From: Eledone cirrhosa
Lineage: Eukaryota
Assembly (NCBI GenBank): GCA_964016885.1
Contig: OZ024740.1
Location: forward strand, 257,672,001-257,736,000
DNA: 64,000 nucleotides
Direction: 5' to 3'
In this document: positions 52,750-64,000 of the stretch, in pieces
Numbering within the stretch: position 1 is the first letter of the stretch
How the letters are laid out: every line of letters starts with the position of its first letter
Position numbers and translations under genes: made by a program
Notes under the pieces: model-generated
What the model was told of the DNA's origin: nothing
Databases searched by the model: none
The model's input: the letters and a program-made list of their open reading frames with translations, nothing else

Positions 52750-52750
<1 letters not shown>

Positions 52751-53286
52751 AAGTTATATTTAAAATTGTTGGGTTACAACTAGTAAATATTTATAACTGA
52801 TATAAAAGCACTCGACAAATACTTGGAGTATATTTACAATATTAAATAAATGGAAAACTATATTTATAAAACCATATTTATTTCATTATATATATTTCGG
52901 GGATATCATATTAACAATATGCTATGCCTTCATCAGACAAAATACAATATAAACAGTTTTATAGATAAATATATTCGACATACCGTAATAAACATCAACT
53001 TCATTTGAAGAGGTTCACTCTAGCAGTGCGGAGTGAATCAGTTGGATTCACATAGACATATGAATTTTTTTTAAAAACTAAACAAGATAATGAATTTTCA
53101 CGCATTGTGAATACTTGTTTCATTCAGGAATACTGATATTTACAATATAGTGTAAGTTTTATAAATACTAATACATTAAAACATAGGGTTTTCTACGCCT
53201 CGAATATGTCCGGCTATTTTTAAATTTTTCTCTCTCTATATCTCTCTATATCTCTCTATATATCTCCCTTACATTAATACTTGAGC

Positions 53287-53321
<35 letters not shown>

Positions 53322-53794
53322 ATGCATCATTGATACACTTACTCAAAATGACCTCCCACTACCTAATTTTTCTATATCTATATTTATATATGTATCTATC
53401 TCTATTTCCTCTCTCTCTCTATATATATATATCTCTCTTTCGGTCTCTTTACATGAAGCTCTTCGCTTTATCTATTTTTCCATCTCTCTATTTTGTCCCA
53501 TGCATTTCTTCTTTTTCTTCTTTTTCTTCCTTTTCTTCGTTTTGTCTTTCTTTCTTTCTTATTTCCCTCTTTTCTCTCTCTCTTTCTTTCTCTCTGTATT
53601 TTCACTGCTAGAGTGAACCTCTTCAAATGAAGTTGATGTTTATTACGGTATGTCGAATATATTTATCTATAAAACTGTTTATATTGTATTTTGTCTGATG
53701 AAGGCATAGCATATTGTTAATATGATATCCCCGAAATATATATAATGAAATAAATATGGTTTTATAAATATAGTTTTCCATTTATTTAATATTG

Positions 53795-53796
<2 letters not shown>
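52750..53796. mobile_element. Inverted pair of HHR-bearing pseudo-LTRs (arms ~52835-53028 and 53603-53796)
   Basis: Same family as 20480-20931. Plus-strand HHR at 53689-53750: TTTTGT-CTGATGA-AGGCATAGCATATT-GTT-AATATGATATCCCC-GAAA-TATATA-TA-ATGAAA. Confidence 0.9.
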
Positions 53797-53825
<29 letters not shown>

Positions 53826-54018
53826 GTATAAATATTTAGTAAATAGAAAGGTAAGTTTCTAACATGTCGAAATATAAAACATCTAATTACTTTAGATATG
53901 GTATAATAATTTAATATGATAGTATTGACAGACTTTTGGGAATATCTAGACATTAACCCAATTTATTGTCTGCATATATGTATATATATATATATATGTA
54001 TATATAGATAAATTCAGA

Positions 54019-54108
<90 letters not shown>

Positions 54109-55443
54109 TAATGTATATATATATATATCTATATTACTGAAACAGAGAATGTCTGTTTGTATGTCAATAAAGCTCTGGTGTAGAAAAATGAATATAAAAA
54201 ATGTATTATTGCTTTTTTTGTACAACTGAGGTACTCCATTGACGAGTGTTAGCAAAACTTCACTTCGTCTGAATTAAGAAAATTAATATAGAATGTTTCA
54301 GGCAGGCAAAAATTAATCTAGCCACACGAAAACGCACTATTCGTGGCGTGGAGGGAGTAAACATGTCTTAGTTATTCGTTCTTGTATATGGTTTTCTCAT
54401 GCTGGCTTGTTACCAGTGATTTCATGATAAAATCTTGAGTACATTATATTCAAGACCATATATTGTGTAACATGCAGTTTATGTGGCAATGTCTGCAGTT
54501 CTATTAGTGTATTAAAACCTCAAAGCTATCCTTCAGGAAACACTCCTACTCACTGATGAGTATATATGCAGCTTTGTTCATAAGTTCCACCAATTAAGAT
54601 GTTGCAGAATAATGTGCTTAAAGTGTCACTATATCCAATACAAATCGTTTTGATAATTACAGTTACAATTTTTTGGACACGGGTGGACAACCATTAGCCT
54701 AAATATTAAAGTATATTCATTGAAGGTTCTTAAGATCTGTATGGATATCTGATTAATCTTATTCTAAACCGCCAGAGTGTATCGACCAGGTGTATTTACA
54801 CAGGTTACTATTAAATTATTTGGGTAAAAACACTTACAAATATATTTAGGAATACGTAGACCACAAACAAACACGCATAGTAATTCGTCACAATCTAAAA
54901 TGGAATTAATTATGTGGTTGAATGTATTGCTAAATATAACTTCTAAATTACCCCAAATTTATTATTTCCCTGGCGTATTATGGAAATACGTTGTGAAATC
55001 AGGAACTAGGGTAGAATACTCTAGAAAGACAAAATGTTTGATAATTTATCTGGCAATCAGGGCAGATCAAGAATTAAAATATCGACACCAATTACAGCAG
55101 TGCATCATTGATTGTGTATCAGTACACTAAAGAACAAGTTATATGTTTTTCAGAGCTGCTAGAGTATTCTTTGGAGTGAATTGTGTTTTAATTAGAATGA
55201 ACCCTCATCAGTTTCGTCGACGATTGTTCCAGTTATTCAATAACTGGAACAGCCTCCTCGAGAAATTAACCGGCAAATGGTTGAGCATTTCACAATTCCA
55301 CAACGACAATATCCATAACAGAATTCTCAGGGAGATCCAGAGAGACACAATTTGTGACAAGACCGGTTCTTTGAATTATAAGCACTGTTCATTCGATGGG
55401 CTTCCAACAGTTTCCGACTAGCGAATTTAGACATTCACACACG

Positions 55444-55570
<127 letters not shown>

Positions 55571-55587
55571 TATATATATATATATAC

Positions 55588-55870
55588 AAGGGATAACAAA
55601 ATATCGTTATAGGTAATCCAGTTAGAGGTTGTGAATACATCTTATTATGGATAGTTTTAGCGTACGGCGTTGTTTGACTCAACAAGAGGTTTACGTAGAT
55701 GGCGAGTTTATGATTTAACCTGGATTCTATATAAGTTTATCTCCGATGATCTGACTAAGCTAACATCGTATTTGAAATTGAGTGGCACTGCTTCTAGTGT
55801 TCAGCAATTTTTAGACAACTTAATCAGTGAAACAATTGTCAGACTGTTGACCATGTTATTCTTCACTTTA
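55588..55870 (+). mobile_element. PLE pseudo-LTR copy with HHR, related to 40142-40471
   Basis: 55590-55742 matches 40142-40295 directly. The HHR CCGATGA...GAAAC-AATT-GTC-AGACTG matches the reverse complement of 40362-40465. Confidence 0.75.
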
Positions 55871-55904
55871 TTGTGTTATTCTTGTTCAAACATGCCAGCA
55901 TCAG

Positions 55905-57249
55905 GAATGCGCATTAGGGGGTGATTAAACGCTTTTCTATGCCCTAGGAACCGCATTAGGCGATTTAGCGATCTCTCTCTATAATTCTTAGTCTTTCTCT
56001 TTTTAGATAGATACATACATATAACGTCGCGCCCTTATAATTTCTGTCCGTATGTCTGGCTGTCTGCATCGCACACGGCGCGTCAATGTATGGCTGTTAA
56101 ACAGGCCGCGAAGGCATTCTGATTCATTCTAAAGGCTACCAGTGGAAGCAACCATAACACCCTCCAAATATCAGAGAACGCAGTCAAAGTCACTATTAAG
56201 GGCTACAAGTGAACGTTCACATGGCCATTTTTATGGCCACCACTTGAAATTGTTGATGGTTACCCCTCTTTACTGGAGTGTCAGTGAACGGCTTACAAGG
56301 CTCTTTTAAGGGCCCTTGAAATAACTGATGGCAACCCTTTCGTTTAGGGCTGCCAGTGAACACGCACACGCTTCGGGGCCCATTTTATTGCACCATTCCT
56401 CTCTAAATTTGTTAAATTATACCCACAGTTTGGTAAACGTTTGTCCAGTAGCGTTTACTTACTAAGATGCGGTGGACTCCTTCGAGAAGGCTCCACATGC
56501 TGTCCGATTACACGTCATGCCTTGCTTAAGCATTGCAGACTTCCCTCTGACATAAGTGGTGACATCTGTCCTGCTGACTCATGCCACTTTAAGCCGATTT
56601 TCTCCACGTGAAAGGAGAAGCCTACATAATACTAATTGCATCAGAGCATTCGGTTTATTTTATTTACATATTGTCCAGGCATGCAGTTTTTCCACGATCA
56701 GGTCTGTTCGCGGCCCGGGTTATGTTTCAGTGAGTGTTATGCACATAAAAAGTTCAACTTTTTGATCTCCTAGGGCCCGCATTAGGTGAAAAACTGCGTT
56801 TTTTCAGCTTTTTATGGGTATTTTGAGGCGTTACGTCAGACCGATTTCCTTGAAATTGTAACTATGTATTAGTCACTCTCTTCTTCATACCCTGAGCAAA
56901 AAAATCCAACCTTTTATGGCCTAGGGCCCGCATTAGGTGAAAAACTTCATTTATTCAGCTTTTTAAGCCCTTTTTTAGACGTTACGTCTAGCCGATTTTC
57001 CAAAAATTTCAAGGCATATTATGCACATAAAAAGAATTCATTTTCTTGATCCCCTAGGGCCCGCATTAGGAGAAAACCTGCATTTTTCCTGCTTCATCGA
57101 GGAAAATCTTAAAGATTATCCAGCCATCAGAGTATTCGGTTTACTTTCTTTACATATTGTCCAGGCATGCAGTTTTTCCACATTTAGGTCTGTTGGCGGC
57201 TCGCGTTCCAAAATACCTTATCCCGTGCAACGCCGGGTTCCACTGCTAA
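55905..57249 (+). mobile_element. Non-autonomous Helitron, same family as 17398-18837
   Basis: 3' hairpin CCCGTGCAACGCCGGG then CTAA; GGGCCCGCATTAGG subrepeats. An extra internal block at ~56070-56620 has its own AAGGGCT..CAGTGAAC repeats. Confidence 0.75.
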
Positions 57250-57739
57250 CTATCGATATTTCTAACATTCACTGTCATATTGTATTGCTGTAGCCCTTTA
57301 GAAATACATACTATTCATAAAAATGTAAATATAAGTATATACATATGACATCTGCCCCTTGATTACGCCTGTCTTCCCTATTGGATGGCTATTACGGTCT
57401 AATTGCGTAAGCCGAGGCTGGGAGAATTGGTGGTCCCCGCATGAATTGATGAATTAGGAGAGTGAGTAGGGTTTGTTTAGCAAGAGTCATGTGTACAAGC
57501 TGATGTTTTTTAGGGTATTCGCTGAGAGTTAGTTGACTAATAGGAGTAATAACGGTCTTATTTGCGCGTACATATATATACAATTCAATATTTCTGAATC
57601 TTCAATTCCATGAAATGTTTCAGTTTTTTTTATAAATGATTTTCCTTAAATGTTAATTCCTTTAAATATTTTAATCCAAGGCAACTTGGTGCTTCCTGTA
57701 GCCGAGGGTAATTTTCCACGTATTGTTTACAGCTATTCG

Positions 57740-57986
57740 ATAGTCGATCGACAAGATCTCAAACCTCATTCGATTAATGAGTTGGGAGAAGCTCCTCAAA
57801 TCGGACCGAAGAAACAATGTTTCCATTGGTCTTTACAATTGCTAATACTATTTGTCGGTCGCAATTCTAGGCAGAAGGTGTAGCGTGAAATAAAGTGTCT
57901 TGCTCAAGGACAGAAAGCATCACTCGGTCTTGGAATCGAAATCACAACCTCATGATTGCGAATCCAATTATCTAACCACTCAGCCA
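57740..57986 (-). mobile_element. tRNA-derived CORE-like SINE (second family)
   Basis: Minus strand GGCTGAGTGGTTAG...GATTTCGATTCC...GTCCTTGAGCAAGACACTT. Confidence 0.75.
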
Positions 57987-58051
57987 TCATAATCTATAGT
58001 ACCTCTAGTGAAAAGCGCTTCACTTTTATTTTTACTTCTATACTCATTATA

Positions 58052-58960
58052 CAGGGTGGGGCATAACCATCTCCCACATTTGGAGTAGTGACTGTGTGGG
58101 CTGTAATGGCGGTAGAGGGGTGGGTATGTCTCATTCGGTAGGATAGGCTCTATCATTTTCAGCACTCAACACGAGTTGGACCGGTAAACCTCGAGGCTTT
58201 CTTGTTCAAGCGTATTTTGAAACCATCCGTTCTGTAATAGCGACGGAGCGAGCGTTACGTAGATGTTTCGCACTCGGCCTAAATACATCGGTACCAGATT
58301 GAAAACCAATTTTGATTTGATTCTCTAAACATCAGGCAACTGAAAAGGAAATCATGACAGACATAGGACAGTTAGAACTCCAGAAAATAGGGCAGCAGTT
58401 AAAGCATCAATTCAGCAATCGCCAAAGCCTCCGCTCGTCGTAATAGCATAGCACTAGGGATATCAAGTGGGTGTTTGAGGAGGATTCTTCATTCTGATTT
58501 AAAACTGTATCCTTACAAAATGAAGTTGGTTCAAAAATTTACTGACAGATCATGCCCACCGCAGAGCCGTAAGTGGGCAAAGTCTTGAACAAGTACCCGC
58601 TGCAGCTGTTTTTCCTAGTACCGATGAGACTCGCGTCTTTGTGACATTTTCCTTTGGGTATACCTAAATGAAAATATTTTCCAATATCGTCCTCGAACTC
58701 TTGGTGATTCGAACGAAAGGATCAGAGAGGAAATTGATGCAATTTCACCTCAGATGGCTGTTGAGTCATGGAGAATTTCCGGGAACGACTCCATCAATGT
58801 ATTGTCAACGACGACCCATTTGTCTGATATAAGTTTTAAAAAACATTAAAATAAAACAATTTTTTCTGTAATTTGTAGAATTATAATAATTTTTTTTCTA
58901 AATAGTTGTTCTCTTCTTTATAAACCTTCAAAATGTGGGAGAGATTTACGCCGTATCCTG
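58052..58960 (+). mobile_element. Decayed Tc1/mariner DNA transposon with TA TSD
   Basis: TA|CAGGGTGGGGCATAACCATCTCCCACATTT ... AAAATGTGGGAGAGATTTACGCCGTATCCTG|TA. Internal relics include LKLYPYKMKLVQK and a WGYL-like C-terminal segment. Confidence 0.75.
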
Positions 58961-59479
58961 TATTATGAATATTCTAGTAACCTTCTAGATATCTTTAATA
59001 TCATAATTTAGAGAGGGAATGCGTTGGATTGGCAGTATCGGTAGACCGTCGAACAAAATGCTTTGCTATATTTACTTACGAATTTCTATTCACTGAATAT
59101 AAATTCCACTGCGGTTAATTTGCCATCCCAGCAAACAAGGAGGTTTAAAAACTTGGTTTGGAAACAAGTCCTCATTTTTGCATTTGCAGTACAAGCAGAC
59201 AAAAAGAACCAAAATAGAGACAGTAAAGGCGGTCAAAGTTAAGGTATGGGAGGAATTTTAGGTTAAGCTGGAATCCGACTTCAGATCACCAAATAAATTG
59301 TTCTAACATAATATCAAGCGACTTCGTGATAAGAAGTCCTCCTCTACACCTGCTATCAGGAATATGTCTGGTATTCTCTTTACTCCAGAAAGGTGCATCC
59401 TCGTTAGAGAGCATACATTGCTGATTTCCGAAATCTAATCGCAGTAGCATGTTTCGAACATTTCAGAAATCGCGTTGTC

Positions 59480-60790
59480 GGTACCCTATTGGAGGAATAT
59501 AAAAAGTTGACGGGAGCGAAACTAAACCCACAAAAGTCGGTGGGCTTGCAGCTCGGCACCTGGAGAGGCAACATGCCCATCCCGCAACATGCCCATCCCG
59601 CAACATGCCCATCCCGCGGGATAGACTGACCTGTAAAGTGTTTTAAGGTTTAGTTAGGACAGACCTCCATGTGGATAACAAATTGGGACGAGGTGACGAT
59701 CAGAGTAGCCACTCTCACCCAGAAATGGGCCAAGAGGAAACTTTACCTGAAAGGTCGGGTGGAGGTGGCAAAAGCGTACATCGCATCCGCCATCTAGTAC
59801 CGCCCGACCATCGTACCGAGCCCCCGTTCGCGCCTCACCAAATTGGAGTAGCTCCTCTTCAACTTTTTGTGGAGGGGACAGGTTCCGTTGGTGAGGCGCT
59901 CCATCTTGCACCAGCACCCTCTACGCAGAGGGCGAGGCATGACGTGGCTAATGTTGCGCAGACATGCGCTAGGGCTGTGTATCTCCAGATATTCTGTCTA
60001 AACGGTGAACAGGTGTGGTTTGTCAAACGTTTGTCAAGCTCATTTCTTTGACGGAGCTGCACTCCTGGATCAAGAACATATCGAGACCGGGCACTTGGCA
60101 TCTGGAATGTTGCCAGGTGCTCACAAACCTCTACTAGGCGGGCAATGTGGTCAGTAGAACTTCCACTCGAGACTTCTATAGAGGATTGGTGGTGGGCAAT
60201 TGCGAAGACCCTCTCGGGGAGTTACTAGGCGTCGACGAGAATGAACAAGCCAGTCTTTTTCGGAGGACTTTCGAGTCGTGGAATATGGATAATTCCCAGA
60301 AATCCCTCACTTGGCAGTACAACCCTGACGGTTTGAGATGAACTAAATTGTCAGACGGAGCTGTCCGAGATGCGCGCAGAGCGATGAAACCGTTTTGAAC
60401 GCATTCGTCCAGTGCCCGTGTATAGCTGACTTATCGAGTTATGTCGAACAACTATTGTTGCGTGTTGGACCGATCTGGATATCGATCGAGTCCATAGTGA
60501 GGATCGTCCCGCCGCCTTCTTTTGACAGGGAAGAGCAGGCAATTTTCCTCTGCCTCATAGCTGTAGCAAAATAAGTTGTGTGGTATACGCGACTGAAAGG
60601 TCTGAAGACAGACACTTTCCTCTTCGATCAAGCCCTCGTCAACCTTTTCAAGATCTACTTGGAAAGAAAGATAAAGGTGGAGAGGAAATGTTGCCTCACA
60701 GAACAGTTGTTAAAAGGTGAGTGATTGTTGCGAGAATGTGTACGTAGGCTGGAAAGATGGCGGGAGAGAGGAGCGCCCTCCAAGGGTGCT
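59480..60790 (+). pseudogene. Tx1/L1-clade LINE 3' portion, decayed
   Basis: Homologous to 52010-52440 (KSVGLQLGTWRG, QKWAKRKL.LKGRVEVA). It continues to a degenerate C-terminal cysteine-rich region. Confidence 0.75.
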
Positions 60791-61098
60791 CTTGGAGAAT
60801 ATGATTGATTTGGATTTGTGGGGTTCCTAACATCACCCTTGGGTGGTATCCCTCTATTAGGAATTCTATTATTGATATTTTTTGTTTAATTGTTTTATTA
60901 ATTTTCTTTTATGTAAATCCCCACTGTCTCCGGCTTTGTATTGTCCTCTATGTTCTTTCTACGCATATTTCTAATTCTATCTCGCCTCATACTACCACCT
61001 GATTTTGCTGCCCGGAGATTTAACGATCTGCATTGTAGAGGCTGCCACAACGTCTATGTTTCATATTCCACAATGCTTCAAGCAAACTTTAACACTCT

Positions 61099-61139
<41 letters not shown>

Positions 61140-61228
61140 CTCGGATGGTAGCTAAGATGCTTCCATAGGCGATATGCCGGTTGAGCACTCTATACTCTTA
61201 CAGAGCAGAGTATGATATAATATAAAAC

Positions 61229-61754
61229 GAAAAATCAGTGATGCATCTGAACTCAATTTATTGTGTGTTACAATTGTTTCGCCAGCGGACAGCTCGAGAC
61301 ACGTTCATTGTGGGGATCTGTCTGATTCTGGATCTGCAGGTTCGACGGACGCGTCTAATTTCGGAGAAAATTCTCGCACTGGGGTGTGAGCGTTAAAAAC
61401 ATCCTCTTAAAACATCCTCCTAAAAACAGCGTCCTGCTGTTTTTCTACGTCATCGTAAATCTGACCAACAGGTGTCAATTCCACTGACCATCAGCTGTCC
61501 CTTTCTGCCACACTTCGATGAATTACTACTGGGTTGGGTAGTTCACACGTTCACGCGCACACTCACACACACATATACCCCCACACACGCACACACGCAC
61601 ACAATCACATAGATAACAACATCCGTACGCCTAGACTCCCGCTACACACACACACTTAAGGAGCACATAAAAGAAACTATAGACATAGGCATACACAGAC
61701 GCCTGCCGACATGCCCATATACAGGCACAGATACAAACTCGCTCACAAACACAC

Positions 61755-61828
<74 letters not shown>

Positions 61829-61990
61829 ATATATATATATATATATATATACATATATATATACACACCCAAACAAGCCCTTTCACTACATCGGGTGCTT
61901 GTACACACACACACACACAAACACACTAGCTCATATACACTCTTACAAATATGCATATATTCACATACAGGCCCACGCACGCCTACAAAG

Positions 61991-62021
<31 letters not shown>

Positions 62022-63490
62022 AAGTCATATAAAGATACACAATGAGTCATACAATGGGTCATACAATGGGTCATACAATGGGTCATACATGAAATGATGC
62101 ATCTTGTTATAAGCATGCACATATATAAACAATATAACCATACACATACATATATACATGCACATATATCTACACATATATCTACACATCTATATATACA
62201 AATACGTGTATGCACATATATAAAATAAACATGCAATATATTAGAAGTATAGATATAACTGTTTCTACTTTTGGAACAGGGCCATCCAATGCATTTCTGG
62301 TACTTTATTTTATCGACCCCGTAAGGATGAAAGGCAAAGTTGACCTCAGCGGGATTTGAACTGAGAATGGAAAGGGATGTAACTCTTTGCTTCAAAGCAT
62401 GGCGTCCGACCCTCTACCGATACTGCCAATCCACCGCCCCTTAAAATTATAGATAAAACGTCACATAGAGATATATAAAAAAGAAGAATGGGGAACGTGT
62501 ATGCGTATGAGATAGTACACAGGAGAAGCATGAGATATACAGAAAATATAATATGTGTTACAAGATGGAATACGTGGAGAGTATGGACTCTCTATTGAAA
62601 AGATAGACATGAATGGGGGTGCGTGGACCGGCCATACTGGAGTATGTCACTGTGGTTGAGGTATATTGTCCTATAGGTGTAAAGCATTTGACTGGAAGAC
62701 AGTAGAATCCGGGTCAACCAGTCCCGGCTCAGGCGATGTTCTTGCCTAGGGTGACGTGCAGAGTCGGGTATCCCGGGTTATTTCGGTTTACCCTACGGGG
62801 CACATATAGTCATCAGGGTATGGTGTCTGATCCCTTGGACCCGTTTCGCCGCTCTGGTCGGCGCACGCTCCACCGCATGCCTTTAGCCTGGGCCTCCCGG
62901 TGGATTCCATGCGGAGAGTGTGCACCGTCTCTGGTATCTGCACGTCGTGATTATTTCCGATTTCAGGTTGACCGCATCATCCTTCAGTCTGACTATCTCC
63001 ATGGCCTCCTATAGGCATTGGCTACACTTTCTTCTTCCAGCCGAGTATGCATTCGCGTGTTCTCCTTAAGTGTGTGTATAGCGGGAGTCTATGCGTACGG
63101 ATGTTGTTATCTATGTGTGTTTGTGTGTGTGTGCGTGTGTGTGTGTATATGTGTGGGTGAGTGCGCGCGTGGACGTGTGAGCTACCAAACCCAGTAGCAA
63201 TTCATCGAAGTATGGCAGAAAGGGACAGCTGATGGTCAGTGGAATTGACACCTGTTGGTCAGATTTACGATGACGTAGAAAAGCAGCAGCCAATAATAGG
63301 ACGCGCGAAGTGGATGTTTTTGACGCTAACACCCCAGTGAGAGAATTTGCTTCGAAATCATTAGACGCGTCCGTCGAACCTGCAGATCCAGAATCAGACA
63401 GATCCACACAATGATCGTGTCTCGAGCTGTCCGCCGGCGAAACAATTATAATACACAATAAATTGAGTTCAGATGCATCACTGATTTTTC
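61229..63490. mobile_element. Element bounded by ~430-bp diverged inverted repeats (61229-61663 and 63062-63490)
   Basis: Arms are clearly reverse-complementary. Each carries an HHR-like motif GTGT-CTCGA-GCTG..GGC-GAAAC-AATT-(G/A)TA pointing outward. Confidence 0.8.
62259..62438 (-). mobile_element. tRNA-derived SINE (main family)
   Basis: Family consensus. Confidence 0.85.
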
Positions 63491-64000
63491 AGTTTGTATG
63501 GCATTTTAACATATATGTTCAGCTCTGTTTTTTTTAAACTATAGAGCGCTTGCCAGCATAACTCTGATTTTGCGATTCGTTTCGCCTTTTCTACCCGCCG
63601 AAATGTGATTCTCGCTAAATTTATATTTGTATTAATCTCCCGAGTCTTACAATTAACCTGTGAATAATTCTATAGACAGATTAATTGCATAAGTTTATTT
63701 TAAAACTACCCCGTTAAGTGCTTATTCGATTTGTGCTATTCATGCAATTTTTTTGCATGATTTACACATAGTGAATTCATTTGCCAAAATCTGGAGCTTT
63801 TCACCTTGTGGGCTACGCATCTGCATTTACAAAGTTCTGCGCCATTCACAAAGTTGGCGCAGAACAAAATATCTGTTGATAAGGTGATATTCCTTGTTCG
63901 ATCATTATACCAAAAGCTTATAGGTTTAAGCAGACAGTATTATTGATTTAGGTGTCATAGAAACCCTGCATTTGGATTTTACCATCAATTCCAATGGGTC
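63490..64000 (-). repeat. Diverged copy of the 901-1729 repeat family
   Basis: The reverse complement contains AAATTTAGCGAGAATCACATTTCGGCGGGTAGAAAAGGCGAAACG and AAGCTTTTGGTATAATGATCGAACAAG. Confidence 0.75.

Noticed and set aside
54547-54565. CTGATGAG motif in a small hairpin
   Set aside because: No downstream stem II-GAAA.
55200-55222. GACGAAACTGATGAGG on the minus strand
   Set aside because: The core halves are directly adjacent in the wrong order; no stems I or III.

Overview
AT-rich eukaryotic DNA saturated with microsatellites. The SINE families and (TA)n/(CA)n density suggest a cephalopod (Octopus-like) genome; this is inference. There is no intact multi-domain host CDS, but several phase-1 exon candidates on the minus strand suggest the window lies in the large 3' introns of a host gene. 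The dominant content is Penelope-like retroelements (PLEs). These are one decayed Neptune-type RT copy and several Naiad-type copies, two of which keep long uninterrupted GIY-YIG endonuclease ORFs without RT. About 20 type I hammerhead ribozyme (HHR) motifs read by eye, most with palindromic stem III and several with very large stem II insertions. They are repeatedly arranged as tail-out inverted pairs or perfect palindromes inside (TA)n tracts, and once as a 540-bp tandem retrozyme-like unit. Also present: a near-identical 2.8-kb inverted duplication, non-autonomous Helitrons, a TA-flanked Tc1/mariner relic, Tx1/L1 and RTE LINE fragments (one with a twin-priming inversion), and many tRNA-derived SINEs. 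Most ORFs in the supplied track are microsatellite artefacts. All structures and alignments were made by eye.
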